Origin: a virus
Taxonomy: Duplodnaviria; Caudoviricetes
Length of the DNA: 61,955 nucleotides
Direction: 5' to 3' (one strand)
Virus record (IMG/VR): IMGVR_UViG_3300028364_000001
Span: 1-61,955 of that record
Shown here: positions 43,681 through 54,728 of the stretch, one piece after another
Layout of the letters: each line of letters opens with the position of its first letter
Position numbering within the stretch: the stretch's first letter is position 1
Program-made: the position numbers and the translations under genes
Notes under the pieces: generated by a model
Told to the model about the DNA's origin: nothing
The model's input: only the letters and a program-made list of their open reading frames with translations
Database searches by the model: none

Positions 43681-46600
43681 CATCCTTGGTAGTCGGTGAA
43701 CCGGGCTCGCACTTCGTTCACCAGTCGCGCGTTGAACGACACCCCGTTGAAGGTCCGCTCGTTGGTGCTGTCCCGGCTCCGCATGGAGCTTGCGAGGAAC
43801 TCGCGATCCACCGCCAAATACGGGTGATCCTCATTGTAGGCAGCTATGTCCTCCATCAGCTCACGCAGTGCCTCTCGGTTGCCCTCACGCAGTGCCATCT
43901 CGTAGCGATCTGCCAGAGCCGACCGCCGCTCCACGACGCCGCGCTCGAACCGCTTGCGTGCAGAGTTGACCTCCTGCGTAGCGACGATCTCTGCGGGCGC
44001 AAAGCCGATGGCCTGCGCGAGGAGGTGGCCGGGGTGAATATCTTCCACGATGCTGTCTCCGGCACGGGTCAGTGACCCCTCGTTTGCGTACCGCCCGCTC
44101 CTCAAGATATACCGGAGCGCTGCGGGCGAGGCCGACTCGATGCCCCGCTGCCATTCGCCAGAAGCCATGTCGTTGATGCCGCGCTCGAGGTTCATGTACG
44201 TGCCGACGGCAGGGCCGCCGAACACTTCGGCGAGGGTCCACAGACTGGACTGGTCCTTGTCGATCATCGGCTCCCGGAAGAGCACATCTGCCAGACCCAC
44301 GCGGGGCGCGACGCTGACGCCAAGGGTATAGTCGAGTATCCCCCTGTACATGCCGTCACCCAACCCCTCCCGCACAACCGACTCGAACCGGGGCTCGTCG
44401 TCATCGGCGAACAGCAGGTTGTACAGCAGTGCGACCACCCCAAATACGGGCAGACCTGCGACACCGGACAAGAGTGTTGTGGCCCCCAAGAGGCCGCCCA
44501 GCTGCTTTGCGGCGATCATCTTTGCTTCAGGGGACTGGTCCTTGAGTGCCCGCTTCGCAGTATCGAACAGCAAGGCGTACATGGACACCCCGTACCGCTT
44601 GTACATGAACACGACGGAGCCGAGCCCATTCTGGGCAATGCGCGGGGTGGACGCTGCCGCGGTCCCACCGTTTATCATCTCTGTGAGGTAGACGGCCTGC
44701 TTGGCAGCGTTGCGCATGACGTCCGGGGTGAGCGCGGTGCCCGCCGCCTCAAGCCTGCCCAGCTCGAGGAAGTAGGACGATGCCAGTGCGACCTCCCGGT
44801 TGGCGCGCTCCGAGTGATGCAGCATCCAGCCTGTTGCGCGGTTGAATTTCTCCGAGACGGCCTTCGTGCCGTCGATGTCCATGATGTCGAACGTGATGGA
44901 CCTGTTGAACTGACCATTGGTTCGCCCGACCTCCACGAGGTATCGCAGCTTCTTCATCTCGTCCGATTGATCCGGGCTGTTGAAGTCATAGTTCTCCAGC
45001 GAGGGCTGTGCAGCCACCCGCTCCCGCACCAGCCCGGTGCCGTCGGGGTTGTAGGCGTCGATCTCCCGCATCATGCCGCTCCCTGCGATCAACCGTGTCG
45101 CTGCGCCCATGGCACGCGTGGTCTCCCGGTAGCCGTACTTTGCACCGAGGAAGGGCAGGCCGATCATGGGCATCTGCATGAGGTTCAGCATGGCTGTCGA
45201 GATGTTGAAGCCAAGGGTCATGTTGAACGCAACCGACCGGAGCGTTTGTGACCAGCCCGGCAGATCAGGGTTCGTGCCGAAATCAGCGAACGCGTCAAGT
45301 TGATCGCGAAGCTGCTTGATCTTGGGCGTCTCCGAGATCCCGCCCTGCTGGGCCTCTCCAGCGAACCGGCTCTTGAGCGCGGCGAACTTCGAGCCATACT
45401 TCAGCCGAACGATGTTCCGCGCGAGCGTGTTGGCCTTCGTCGTGTTGGTGTGGATCGCGTCCTTGTTGAAGCCCAACGTGCCTTTCCGCTGCCGGTAGGA
45501 CTGCAGGAACGACGTTTCCGGCACCGTGTCGAGGTAGAGGTTGGTGACCAGCCGAACAGTATCCTCGTCCACATTGGCCGCCCGGAGCTGGTTGTTGAGT
45601 TTTGCCACGAACGATGCCGGTGGCGCGTTGGCGAAGCCGTCGCTGTCGAGCCGCAGCATCTGCTTGAAGTTGGCGGCCTGTGTCGCGGGATCGCTTTCCA
45701 GCTCGGTCTGTGCACGGGCACGGGCTGTCTGCGTCTCGAACGCCTCGACGAAATACTCGACCGATCCGCTACGGGGGTCGTAGGCGTTGTAGGACAGCCA
45801 ATAGTCGCCGCTCCGCCCCAGTGCAAAGTAAACGGAAAGCTGGTCTTTCGCGGTGAGCTGCTTGTAGAGGTCGTTCCGCACCCGTGATCGAACCTGTGCG
45901 TCAGGGATGGCCGACTCGAGGCGGGCATCGAGCGCCGTCATGAGGTCAGCATGCAGCGTGCGGAACACGTTGCGGAGACCACGGTATTCGGCCTGCCCCG
46001 AAGGGCCCACGGCGTTCCAGTCGGCCATCACGGCGCGGTACTGCTGCATCCGGTCTGTGTCGGACCCATATGCCTTCAAGGCGGCAGCCCCGGTGATCTC
46101 GGGGTCCACCTGATAGAGCGTGGAGTAGTTGATGAGCGCGTTGAACCTGTCCACGAGGTCGCGGTTGCCGCTGGCCCATTGGCCTATCTTGTTGTTCAGG
46201 GCCGTTGTCCGCTCGAGCACCCGCGCGATTTCTCCGTTGGCCTCGTTCACCAGCTCGTTCAGCCGGGGCGCGCTCGGAAAGTATGGCTCAGCCACCTGCA
46301 CCAGATAGTGCAGGGGCGTCAGGCGCAGCACAGCCTCCTTGAACAAGGAATTGGTCCCGAGCCTCGCTTCTGCGCCCGCATCAGTCAGGATCTCCGTGAG
46401 CCTGCCCATGCGCGCCTTGTTCGCCTCCACCGTGTCGGCGTTCACCAGATTGGAGAGCAGGCGCTTCTCGGTGCCTTTACGGTGTGCCATGTAGAGGGCA
46501 CCGGAGTTCCGCGACTCAGGCGATGGCGCCAGCATCCCCATGATGATCTCGTCACCCCGGGACAAGGCGGAGCCCATGATGCGCTGGTTCATGCCGAGCA

Positions 46601-49600
46601 GGCGGCGCACGTAGTTGCTGAGGGCATGCAGCACCCGGTCCAGCGCGGAGATGTTCTTCCCCCGCTCGTTCAGCTGGGCCAGAGACTGGCGGAACTTGAC
46701 GCTGGCCAGCACCTCTGCGGCGAACTCCTGCAGGTTTGTGGTGCCGTAGGCCGCCCCCAGACCGGGCTTCGTGTTGGTGAACAGCGTCTTCAGCTGCATT
46801 GTCAGCGGGTGACCGGGCTTGGAGAGCGTCGTGGACACCGCCGCGTGTGTCATCTCGTGCAGCACCGTGTGGAAGTTCAGGCCCGTGTTCACGTCGAGTG
46901 AGATTGTGTTCGTCGCCGGATCGAACTTGCCAGAGGCGGGTGATCCGTCCTCGGCCGTGAGATCGTTCACCAACTCCACCTTCGTCGTGCCAGTCACGCG
47001 GGACAGCGACCGGGCAATGCGCGCCACGCCAGAGCTTTCGGCAGTGGCCGCTATGGCTTCAAGGGCACCTTTCAGGTTGCCCCCGATCAGGAGGCGTCGC
47101 ACGCTTGGCAGTATGGGGCGGTCGAGCCCCGTGGCGGCGTCGGTCTTGAGGGCAAAGCCCTGCTGCTTGGAGTAGGCCCACCCGTCGTATATCTCCATCA
47201 TGTCCGCGTCTGACAGAGCCTCTTGTTCCGCTTTGGTATAGATGTCGCCGAGGAACACCTCGAAGCCAGTTTTACCCTTTAGCCGTGTGGTGTCGCGGCC
47301 AGTGGGCGCGGGCGTCTGGAGCGCAGGCGGCAGGGTTGTGGCCCCGAGGGCTCTTGCCGCACTGTCTTCTGCTTGTCCCGCTGCGAGGGCGCCGCGCACG
47401 GCCCCTACCGTAACAGGCATACCCGCCAAGATATCGTCGTTCTGCTTTGCCTCAGCTTCAAGAGCCTGCTGTGTCTGAGCAACCGGGTCGGCACCGCGCT
47501 TGCCGCGCACAGAGATGCGAACCCCTGACATCCGGGCGTCTTGCCGGGCTTTGCGGAACGCTGCCCGCACCGGGGGCGACATCCGTGTGAGTGCCCACTT
47601 GCCTGCCAACATGGCTGCGTCTTGCCCCATGCCTGCATAGAACGCAGAAGCCACGGGGCTGTCCCCGCGCTTGTCGAAAGTCTTGGGGGCGAGCACTGAC
47701 TGTGATGCGATCTCTTCCATCGCCTCTGTGGGGTTGGTGAACTTGGAGAAGAATTTCTTTGCCGCTTTCTCCTCTGGGGTCTTGGCCCCGCGCCGCGTGA
47801 GCAGCGAGAGGATCAGGCTCTTGTCTGTGGAGTCCGTGACATCGGGACGGTCGGCCACCTCGTTCAGCCCAAGGAAGTCCTGCTGTGCCTGCGACATTGC
47901 GCTTCGCACCCGTGCTGCGATCTCAGCGCCAAGCGCACTGCTATCGTTCGGCTGTGCGGCCGATGTGGATATCGCCGCCGATGGCACCGGTGCCGAAGCT
48001 GTGCCACGCACCCCTTGCGGGATAGTCTGCCCAGCCGTGCCCAAGGCAGCGCCGGGGATGGTGCCGCTCATGGGCCCATAATCAGGCAAAGGCACAACAG
48101 GCGCGGCTGGGGGCGGGGGCGCAGGTGTTTCGGCAACAGGTGCCACAGGCGGCTCGACCACAGGTGCCGGAGCAGGTGCCATCGCCGCACGGATCGCTTC
48201 TTGTCTCTCGGGCGGCACAAATTCGTTGGTCGTCAGCTTGTTGAGGAGCTCCTGCACGCCGGGGTCAGACAGGGGCTTGCCGCCCAGTGCCGAGGTGTTT
48301 TCAGCTGCTTTGGTGGGGGCGGCCCCCTTGGAGAAACCGAAAGACTGCATGAACGCCGGAGTGAACAACTGCTCTGGGGCTGCCTCAGGCTCTGCAGCGA
48401 TGGCATCAGCGGAAGCGATAACTGGCGCGACAACGGGCGTAGCCTGTGCTGGCTCTTCGATCTGCGCCTCCGGGGCGGGCGCCACTGCGTCTTTTACGGC
48501 AGCCTGCTCCGCGGGGGTGAGCTGCGTCCCTTGTGGAGCGGGGGTCCTCTCGACGTCAGGGCCAGATCGCTTCTTCTCGGCCCCAAGGAACGCCGTGGTG
48601 TTGGCCTGCCATGCAGAGAGCGCGACTGGATCTTCGGCCGAGGGCACGCCGATACGATTCCGTACCTGCTGCACGAACTCGTTTCGGAGCTGGATGCGTT
48701 CGTTCCTTGCAGCGTTGCGGGTCAGGTCCTTGATCGTGTCCCCGAGATCCTTGGCGCTCTCCGCTGCGGTCTTGCCCTTGGCAGCGTCGGCCAAGATCCG
48801 TCTCTGCACCCCGAAGGCTTCCGCCTGTGCAAACGCTGTCTCTTGGGTTTGCTGCAGCTGCGTCAGCGCCCCGAAGGCATCGCCCGCAACGGCCGGCCGC
48901 ATCTCCATGCCCGTGGGCAGGAGCATCTGCTCGTCGTCGAACGGCTCTTCTGCAATGGGGCCCTCTGCAAGGGGATCGACAGCACCTGCCTCTGGTGGCA
49001 CACCAGCTTCTGCGAGGGGGACAACAGGCGCTGCCGCAGCGGCGCTGGCACCGCGCCGCCTGCCGGGCAATACCAGCTCAACGAGCGCTCCCACAATGGC
49101 ACCGACACCGCCGCCCAGCGCCGCAGCCTCGCCGATCCCGCCAAGGGCGTCCTGCTCTGGATCATAGACGCCTTGAGCAATGAGGTTCTGCGCCACTTCC
49201 TGCGCGGCTTCCTGCAGTGCTTCTTCGCCACTCTGCTGGAGGATACGGCCCAGTGAGCCTTTCAGCCCCTGCGTTGTTGCAAGCCCAAGGCGACGGGTCA
49301 GTCGTGAGACAGGGATGAAGTCGAACGAACCGGGGATGAGGCCCAGCGCAGCCGAGAGACTGCGCTCGTCTACCGTGGCATCGGCCGCACGGGCCCGTTC
49401 AGATGCTTCACCTGCACCAGCCGCAGCCGCGAGCCCGATACCGGCACCGGGGCCGCCTATCAGCGTGGCCCCAACGATACCGCCGAAAGAGCCGACGCCT
49501 TCCGACAGCGTGCCTACGAGGTTGTCTTCGAGCCCGATATCCGCTTGGGGCGACAGGTTGTATGACGTGCGGCGGATGGCCTCCCGCGTCGGATCTTCAA

Positions 49601-49886
49601 GCCGCTCAGGGAGCAGGGCGGCGGCACCGAGGGCACCTGTCTCCAGAATGCCAACACCACCGCGAACCAGACCCTTGGGTATCTCCCCGAGGATGTTGCC
49701 AAGGCCCGAGCCTTCGTCGTAGCCGAGAGAGCCGTATCTCTGCTCATAATCTGTCTGGAAGCCCTGTTCAGTCTGGCTGATGAAGCTGTCGATTCGCTGC
49801 TGCTCATCGACCGTGGGCGTGTCCCCGAGGATGTTGATCCGATAGCCTCTACCGCTGATCGGGCCGGGAACGGTGATGATAGCCAT
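43680..49886 (-). CDS. Large internal virion (ejection) / polyvalent protein with a zincin-like HExxH domain
   Basis: 2068 aa; GKFDP..NTI.L...TVLHEMTHA...EFAAE; last of the internal-protein cluster. Confidence 0.75.
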   Translation of the reverse strand: MAIITVPGPISGRGYRINILGDTPTVDEQQRIDSFISQTEQGFQTDYEQRYGSLGYDEGSGLGNILGEIPKGLVRGGVGILETGALGAAALLPERLEDPTREAIRRTSYNLSPQADIGLEDNLVGTLSEGVGSFGGIVGATLIGGPGAGIGLAAAAGAGEASERARAADATVDERSLSAALGLIPGSFDFIPVSRLTRRLGLATTQGLKGSLGRILQQSGEEALQEAAQEVAQNLIAQGVYDPEQDALGGIGEAAALGGGVGAIVGALVELVLPGRRRGASAAAAAPVVPLAEAGVPPEAGAVDPLAEGPIAEEPFDDEQMLLPTGMEMRPAVAGDAFGALTQLQQTQETAFAQAEAFGVQRRILADAAKGKTAAESAKDLGDTIKDLTRNAARNERIQLRNEFVQQVRNRIGVPSAEDPVALSAWQANTTAFLGAEKKRSGPDVERTPAPQGTQLTPAEQAAVKDAVAPAPEAQIEEPAQATPVVAPVIASADAIAAEPEAAPEQLFTPAFMQSFGFSKGAAPTKAAENTSALGGKPLSDPGVQELLNKLTTNEFVPPERQEAIRAAMAPAPAPVVEPPVAPVAETPAPPPPAAPVVPLPDYGPMSGTIPGAALGTAGQTIPQGVRGTASAPVPSAAISTSAAQPNDSSALGAEIAARVRSAMSQAQQDFLGLNEVADRPDVTDSTDKSLILSLLTRRGAKTPEEKAAKKFFSKFTNPTEAMEEIASQSVLAPKTFDKRGDSPVASAFYAGMGQDAAMLAGKWALTRMSPPVRAAFRKARQDARMSGVRISVRGKRGADPVAQTQQALEAEAKQNDDILAGMPVTVGAVRGALAAGQAEDSAARALGATTLPPALQTPAPTGRDTTRLKGKTGFEVFLGDIYTKAEQEALSDADMMEIYDGWAYSKQQGFALKTDAATGLDRPILPSVRRLLIGGNLKGALEAIAATAESSGVARIARSLSRVTGTTKVELVNDLTAEDGSPASGKFDPATNTISLDVNTGLNFHTVLHEMTHAAVSTTLSKPGHPLTMQLKTLFTNTKPGLGAAYGTTNLQEFAAEVLASVKFRQSLAQLNERGKNISALDRVLHALSNYVRRLLGMNQRIMGSALSRGDEIIMGMLAPSPESRNSGALYMAHRKGTEKRLLSNLVNADTVEANKARMGRLTEILTDAGAEARLGTNSLFKEAVLRLTPLHYLVQVAEPYFPSAPRLNELVNEANGEIARVLERTTALNNKIGQWASGNRDLVDRFNALINYSTLYQVDPEITGAAALKAYGSDTDRMQQYRAVMADWNAVGPSGQAEYRGLRNVFRTLHADLMTALDARLESAIPDAQVRSRVRNDLYKQLTAKDQLSVYFALGRSGDYWLSYNAYDPRSGSVEYFVEAFETQTARARAQTELESDPATQAANFKQMLRLDSDGFANAPPASFVAKLNNQLRAANVDEDTVRLVTNLYLDTVPETSFLQSYRQRKGTLGFNKDAIHTNTTKANTLARNIVRLKYGSKFAALKSRFAGEAQQGGISETPKIKQLRDQLDAFADFGTNPDLPGWSQTLRSVAFNMTLGFNISTAMLNLMQMPMIGLPFLGAKYGYRETTRAMGAATRLIAGSGMMREIDAYNPDGTGLVRERVAAQPSLENYDFNSPDQSDEMKKLRYLVEVGRTNGQFNRSITFDIMDIDGTKAVSEKFNRATGWMLHHSERANREVALASSYFLELGRLEAAGTALTPDVMRNAAKQAVYLTEMINGGTAAASTPRIAQNGLGSVVFMYKRYGVSMYALLFDTAKRALKDQSPEAKMIAAKQLGGLLGATTLLSGVAGLPVFGVVALLYNLLFADDDEPRFESVVREGLGDGMYRGILDYTLGVSVAPRVGLADVLFREPMIDKDQSSLWTLAEVFGGPAVGTYMNLERGINDMASGEWQRGIESASPAALRYILRSGRYANEGSLTRAGDSIVEDIHPGHLLAQAIGFAPAEIVATQEVNSARKRFERGVVERRSALADRYEMALREGNREALRELMEDIAAYNEDHPYLAVDREFLASSMRSRDSTNERTFNGVSFNARLVNEVRARFTDYQG

Positions 49887-49942
49887 ACTGCGCCTCCATG
49901 GTTGAGACGCAGTATACGCACGTTTGGGCGTCTTCGCTAGTC

Positions 49943-51730
49943 TTAGCCTGCTGCGTCGAAGGCTAGGGCCGGGGCACTGCCGCCGCCAGCGTTGAGGCCT
50001 AGTATACTCATACGCTGGCGGTCTATCTCGCTTTGCTGGGCCACCATTGCCTCGTATTGATCTATCGTTGCGGGGTTGGGCATACCGTCGATGCCCACCA
50101 TGCCGCTGATCTGCTCGCCAAGCATGGCCGATGCGCTCGTGAGGTTGTCGAAATACTGGTCCATCGACCGGAACCCGCCGACGCCACCGCCACTCCCCCC
50201 ACCACCGGCGGCGCGGGCTTGGGCCATGGCCAACTGCTGCTGCGCCAACTGCGCCCCAAAACGCTGCTCCATCAACCCTATGCGGCTTTCCTCAGCGTCG
50301 TCACGGCTGCCCCGGAACGCAGCGAGGCCCGTGGCCCCTGCTTCGCCGAGTGCGCCACCAAGCGTCGGCTGGGTGGACGACATGAGGGCCATACCGGCTT
50401 GGGCCAGTGCCAACCACTTGTCCTGCTCCGCACGCTCTTCACTACGAGTGATGGCATCAGTGAGCTCTTGCTCGTAGGAAGACATGCCCCCTGTACCAGC
50501 GGGGGCACTACCGCCGCCCGATCCGCCACCAGAGCCTGCACCGGCAGGTATGCCTGCGGGACCGCCGACGGTTGGCGCTGCTGCGGGATCTGCGGCAGGG
50601 TCCACCGCTGCGGGATCTGCAGCAGGCTCTGATGGGGCTTCGGAGGGCGTTCGAGGAGCTGGGATGACCGAACGGGGCGCAGCCTCTGTCATGGAGCTAG
50701 GCAGGCCTGAAAGCTCAAGAGGCAGGTCGGAGACGCGGGCCGACTGCTGGAGTGCCGTCCTGACGGCAGGCGTGTTCAGTTCGGTTGCCCCAACAAGGTT
50801 GGTTCCATCTTGCACTTGCCGGTCGTTGGCTATGGCCCGCAAGCCTGTAGCGAGCCCCGCGCCGCCCCCGCCTGCGCCAAGCGCCGTCCTAATAGCAGGC
50901 GTATTGAGCTCGGTTGCGCCCACGTTAAGTTGAGCAGGCCTTTGCCCACCCGTCAGGTCGAGATCGACCGGTGCAAAAGGCACGTCGAGGTTTGGGGGTA
51001 TCAGTGGCCCGCTCATTGCGACCGGGGGGAGACCGGGCAAGTTGCGTGGAGGCACCATCGGCCCAGTGACTTGGGGCGGTGGTGCAGGGGGCACTGGATC
51101 AGCGAAAGGATCAGGCCGTGAGGCGCTCTCGGAATAGCTGGGGTTTACCCCACCACCCGTCGGGGGGATGATGCTCGAGATGAAGTCTTGCCGGGTGACC
51201 GGTCCTGTCACGCTGTTGCCCTGCATCTCGATGCGGGCCAGCTCGCTCCGCCGCGCCTCGTCGGACATCTGTGCCCATATCTGCGAAGGTCGAAGCCCCA
51301 TGCGGGCCGCTTGCGCCTGCACGGCAGGATCGCGGAACCATGGCATCGGCGGCTCGTCAGAAACAAACCCGCCCTCCTGCATCCTCTGCACCGGGGCGGC
51401 CCCTTGTTGGGCCTGAGGCATCCCTTGCGGGGCTTGGGGCAGAGCACCGATCCCGCTGTTACCCACGATGTCTGACTGGGGTGCCATGGCCATGGCCATA
51501 CGGCCCAGCCCCTGCTGGGGCATGCCTGCAGCGGCGACGGCCTCTTCGGCCACGGTTGACTGGGGGCCCTGCTGCTCGCGCGCCGCCATCTCATCGCGCA
51601 TGGATTTGCGGCGGGTGATCTCCGACAGCACAAGATATTGTGGCATTTGCCCGGAAGGCATCTGCATCTCGGACACGAGCTGCTGCTCTGACAGCCCTTT
51701 GAGCTTGTCCTGCTGGTCGAGGATATTCAT
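49943..51730 (-). CDS. Putative internal virion protein
   Basis: Pro/Gly-rich, MQEGG motif, amphipathic LAQAGMALM segment. Confidence 0.65.
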   Translation of the reverse strand: MNILDQQDKLKGLSEQQLVSEMQMPSGQMPQYLVLSEITRRKSMRDEMAAREQQGPQSTVAEEAVAAAGMPQQGLGRMAMAMAPQSDIVGNSGIGALPQAPQGMPQAQQGAAPVQRMQEGGFVSDEPPMPWFRDPAVQAQAARMGLRPSQIWAQMSDEARRSELARIEMQGNSVTGPVTRQDFISSIIPPTGGGVNPSYSESASRPDPFADPVPPAPPPQVTGPMVPPRNLPGLPPVAMSGPLIPPNLDVPFAPVDLDLTGGQRPAQLNVGATELNTPAIRTALGAGGGGAGLATGLRAIANDRQVQDGTNLVGATELNTPAVRTALQQSARVSDLPLELSGLPSSMTEAAPRSVIPAPRTPSEAPSEPAADPAAVDPAADPAAAPTVGGPAGIPAGAGSGGGSGGGSAPAGTGGMSSYEQELTDAITRSEERAEQDKWLALAQAGMALMSSTQPTLGGALGEAGATGLAAFRGSRDDAEESRIGLMEQRFGAQLAQQQLAMAQARAAGGGGSGGGVGGFRSMDQYFDNLTSASAMLGEQISGMVGIDGMPNPATIDQYEAMVAQQSEIDRQRMSILGLNAGGGSAPALAFDAAG

Positions 51731-52779
51731 TACTGCATCCCTCTGTAGAGCCCGAGGGCCGAGATACCCATGCCCAACGCCTGCTGCACCGGGTTGTAGG
51801 GAGTCTGCGTGCTGGTGCTACCCGCTGGCTGCACGGGCAGGCCGTTGATCATGGCCGAGAACTGCTGCAGCTGCTCCATCGGATAGCCTTGCTGGCGTAG
51901 GAAGTCCTGATAGGCGATGTCCAAGCCCGCCTGATCGCGCGCCTCGTTGGACCGCCCCATGACCTCAAGCAGCTGCGCTGCTTGGATGTCGCCTGATCGA
52001 GCCTGCTCTGACAGGGCCGCAAGCTGCTGTGCCATACCGCTGGACTGCGCAAGGGCGTCCAGACCGAACTGATCGCGTGCCAGACCTTCCCCCGCACGCG
52101 CACCCTGCACCCGCCCAAGCTCGCCAGCCTGCGCCTGCTGCGTTGCAAACCCTGCGTTGCGATCAGCCTCGAACATCCGCTGCGCGTCGCTATAGGCGTT
52201 CGACAAACCTTCAGCTTGGATCTGCCCGGTGCGGGTCAGCAGGTCGCGCTCGGCCATTGCCTCTTGCACAGCTTGACGAGAGCCTCCGAAGGCCCCCGCT
52301 TGGATGGCGCCAGCGTTCCGGGACTGCTGTGCGATCTGATAGTCTGTGGCAGCTTGCTGCTTCTGGATATCCACCACGTTCTGCATGAACGGGTTCATGT
52401 ATTGCGCGACGGCGTCCCCGGTGAACTGCTGCGTCGGGGAGAAGCCGAACTCCGAAAACTGAGCGTTTGGCTGTCCGCCCATACCTTGCGTGGCGAGCGC
52501 GTTATTCGCCGTCAGACCTGTGGCGAGGTCCAGCCCCGGCTGCCCGTTGGTAGCGAGGTCCCGCACCATCTGCTGCGAGTCGAGCGTATCCCCCGTCTGC
52601 CCAGTCAGCCGTGCTCCCCCGTAGGGGATATATGGTGCCTGCGACGCAGCTTCGCCCCGGATGAGCATCCGCTCGAAATACGGCTTGAACTCGTCAGGGA
52701 TGTTCTGCTGCGTTACCGTCGATGTGGTATTCCCGGTCTGACTGACCTGCTGAGGTTGGCTTCCACCTTTACCGCCCAT
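51730..52779 (-). CDS. Putative internal virion / pilot protein
   Basis: MGGKGG..., QYMNPF, GAFGGSRQAV, Gln-rich. Confidence 0.7.
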   Translation of the reverse strand: MGGKGGSQPQQVSQTGNTTSTVTQQNIPDEFKPYFERMLIRGEAASQAPYIPYGGARLTGQTGDTLDSQQMVRDLATNGQPGLDLATGLTANNALATQGMGGQPNAQFSEFGFSPTQQFTGDAVAQYMNPFMQNVVDIQKQQAATDYQIAQQSRNAGAIQAGAFGGSRQAVQEAMAERDLLTRTGQIQAEGLSNAYSDAQRMFEADRNAGFATQQAQAGELGRVQGARAGEGLARDQFGLDALAQSSGMAQQLAALSEQARSGDIQAAQLLEVMGRSNEARDQAGLDIAYQDFLRQQGYPMEQLQQFSAMINGLPVQPAGSTSTQTPYNPVQQALGMGISALGLYRGMQ

Positions 52780-53200
52780 CGTCTAGCTCCATCCTGAACG
52801 CCACATACTCTCGGCGCCAACCCTCTTTGCCAAGCCACCGCATCCAAGCCTCGCGACCATAGCCTTCCATGTGCGCGCAATCGTTGCGGGCGGCATGCTC
52901 TTTCATAACACGCATCGCCAGACTGAACCACACCTTCATGCGCGTGCCGCCGATCCAGTCGAGCGCCATGGCGCGTCGCTGGGGGTATTCGATCACGCGC
53001 GAGGTTATTGTCGCCGTGATGGTGCCGTCTACCGTGACAACCCATATCACATAGGCCCCCAGATAGGCACCCTCCAGAATGTCAGAAACGACGAGCTTGT
53101 CCGGTGCAGTGAGCACCGCCTTCGCAAGCATCGGCTCCACCACAGGCCAGATCGTAGCGAGGTGCTCGCGCGGCACCGCGAGGCACTGGACATCGCTCAT
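52769..53200 (-). CDS. GNAT-like acetyltransferase of the virion module
   Basis: IWP.V...L...YP......WIGG.....W...C..MEGYGR..W.R. Confidence 0.6.
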   Translation of the reverse strand: MSDVQCLAVPREHLATIWPVVEPMLAKAVLTAPDKLVVSDILEGAYLGAYVIWVVTVDGTITATITSRVIEYPQRRAMALDWIGGTRMKVWFSLAMRVMKEHAARNDCAHMEGYGREAWMRWLGKEGWRREYVAFRMELDDGR

Positions 53201-54420
53201 GCGGCTACCCGTCGCTTCGCAGCAGTGGCCGCCCCTGCACCGGCGTCGTTGACCTCGTCGAGGAACCCGTCCCCAAACTGTCGCTCGAGGGCGTCGGAGG
53301 CGTCTTTTCGCATCACGAACTCCCCGTCCGACAGCAGCACGTCGCCCGAGCCATCATCCATCCGTGCAGGCACCTTGTCGTCTGTGCCCGAGCCGTCGCC
53401 GACACCGCGAACCTCACCGTTCTCGCCACTGCGGAACCGCTCGGCTGTCTCGTCCACTGCCCCAGACCGCACCTTGCTCACGAGATCGCGGAGCGCTTCC
53501 TCGCCGTAGGCGGCAAGGAACATGCCAAGTGCGGCTTCAGGCTGCGGGGAGTTCCCCTTTATAGCCGCCACAGCGGCGGACACGATCTCGCGCTCGTTGG
53601 GTTGTGGCGACGGCCGACCGCCCTGCTGCGGCATCTCTCCACCTTCGGCCAAGGCAACAATGCCCCCGCGTGCAAGGCGGACTGGCCCGAGCCCGGGCAT
53701 GTCGGGGTTTGCAAACCGCGAGATCATGCCCCCATTGGCAAAGCGCCCTATGCTTCGGTTGTAGTCGATGATGTCCCTCGCCGACTGCGGAGTGCTGATC
53801 CCGTAGTCGAACTCACCAGATACGCCGGGCTGGTAATCTGAGCCGGGTATCATGGGTGTTCTTGGGATTGGCGACATCTCGGTCTTTGCATTCTGGTTCT
53901 CTTCGCCTTCTTCCCCGCCGCCGCCGCGACTCCCGAACATCCCGGCAAGCGCTGGCCCCGCCATGGCGCCAAGGCCCGCGCCTATACCTGTGGGAGACAT
54001 CGCAAACGCCTTGGCGTCGCCAAACATATTGCCCAGCATGCCCCCGGGCGCAGCTGGTGGGGGGAGCAACTCAGCCCCTGACAGCCCAGCAATCCCCGGG
54101 TTCCCCGGAGCAAGAGCCGTCGATGCGTTAGCACCTGTTCCCGTGGCGATCTGGCCCGGTTGCAGTGCAGCCTCTGCACCCGCACCGCCGCCTCCGAACA
54201 GTCCGCCCTCTGTACCCGCACCACCAGCGCCTCCGAGCAGAGGGCCCAGCAGAGACCCCCCAGCGAACGCGCCAAGCCCGGTAAGCAAGCCTTGTTCGAG
54301 GTCCCCTGTCTGTATTGCACCGCCAACACCTGCACCAAGAGCGCTCGCTGCGAGCGCCGACATGCCCGTGCCAGCCAGCAGCTGTGGGGCAAGGAAGGAA
54401 AATAGAAGGGGCAGTGCCAT
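53197..54420 (-). CDS. Putative internal virion protein
   Basis: FANGG/LARGG/LAEGG motifs, GDGSGTDD.VPA..LSDGEFV. Confidence 0.65.
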   Translation of the reverse strand: MALPLLFSFLAPQLLAGTGMSALAASALGAGVGGAIQTGDLEQGLLTGLGAFAGGSLLGPLLGGAGGAGTEGGLFGGGGAGAEAALQPGQIATGTGANASTALAPGNPGIAGLSGAELLPPPAAPGGMLGNMFGDAKAFAMSPTGIGAGLGAMAGPALAGMFGSRGGGGEEGEENQNAKTEMSPIPRTPMIPGSDYQPGVSGEFDYGISTPQSARDIIDYNRSIGRFANGGMISRFANPDMPGLGPVRLARGGIVALAEGGEMPQQGGRPSPQPNEREIVSAAVAAIKGNSPQPEAALGMFLAAYGEEALRDLVSKVRSGAVDETAERFRSGENGEVRGVGDGSGTDDKVPARMDDGSGDVLLSDGEFVMRKDASDALERQFGDGFLDEVNDAGAGAATAAKRRVAA

Positions 54421-54476
54421 GGGTCATCTCCTGAAGGCTTGGCGCAGAATAGCAAGATTTTACAGAGAAGGATAGC

Positions 54477-54728
54477 TCACACCACGATGCGAAGTTCTCC
54501 GGCAGCGGTCTTGTATACGTCGTTCACGGACAGGCCCCCCGTGACGGCGGCCGCATTGTTGGCGAAGATCGGCAGGTTCAGCAGGCGCAGAGTAGACATC
54601 ACCCCCGGGCCGGGGTTGTTGACCTGCTGCACAAACACGGAAAACGCACGGGTGACCTGTGCAAAATATCGCTGATCGTACGCTGGCGGGGGTGCTGCAA
54701 AAAACGGTGCCGGGTTGGAAGAAGCCAT
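54477..54728 (-). CDS. Small tail-associated protein
   Basis: 83 aa ending GGL...DVYKTAAGELRIVV. Confidence 0.6.
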   Translation of the reverse strand: MASSNPAPFFAAPPPAYDQRYFAQVTRAFSVFVQQVNNPGPGVMSTLRLLNLPIFANNAAAVTGGLSVNDVYKTAAGELRIVV

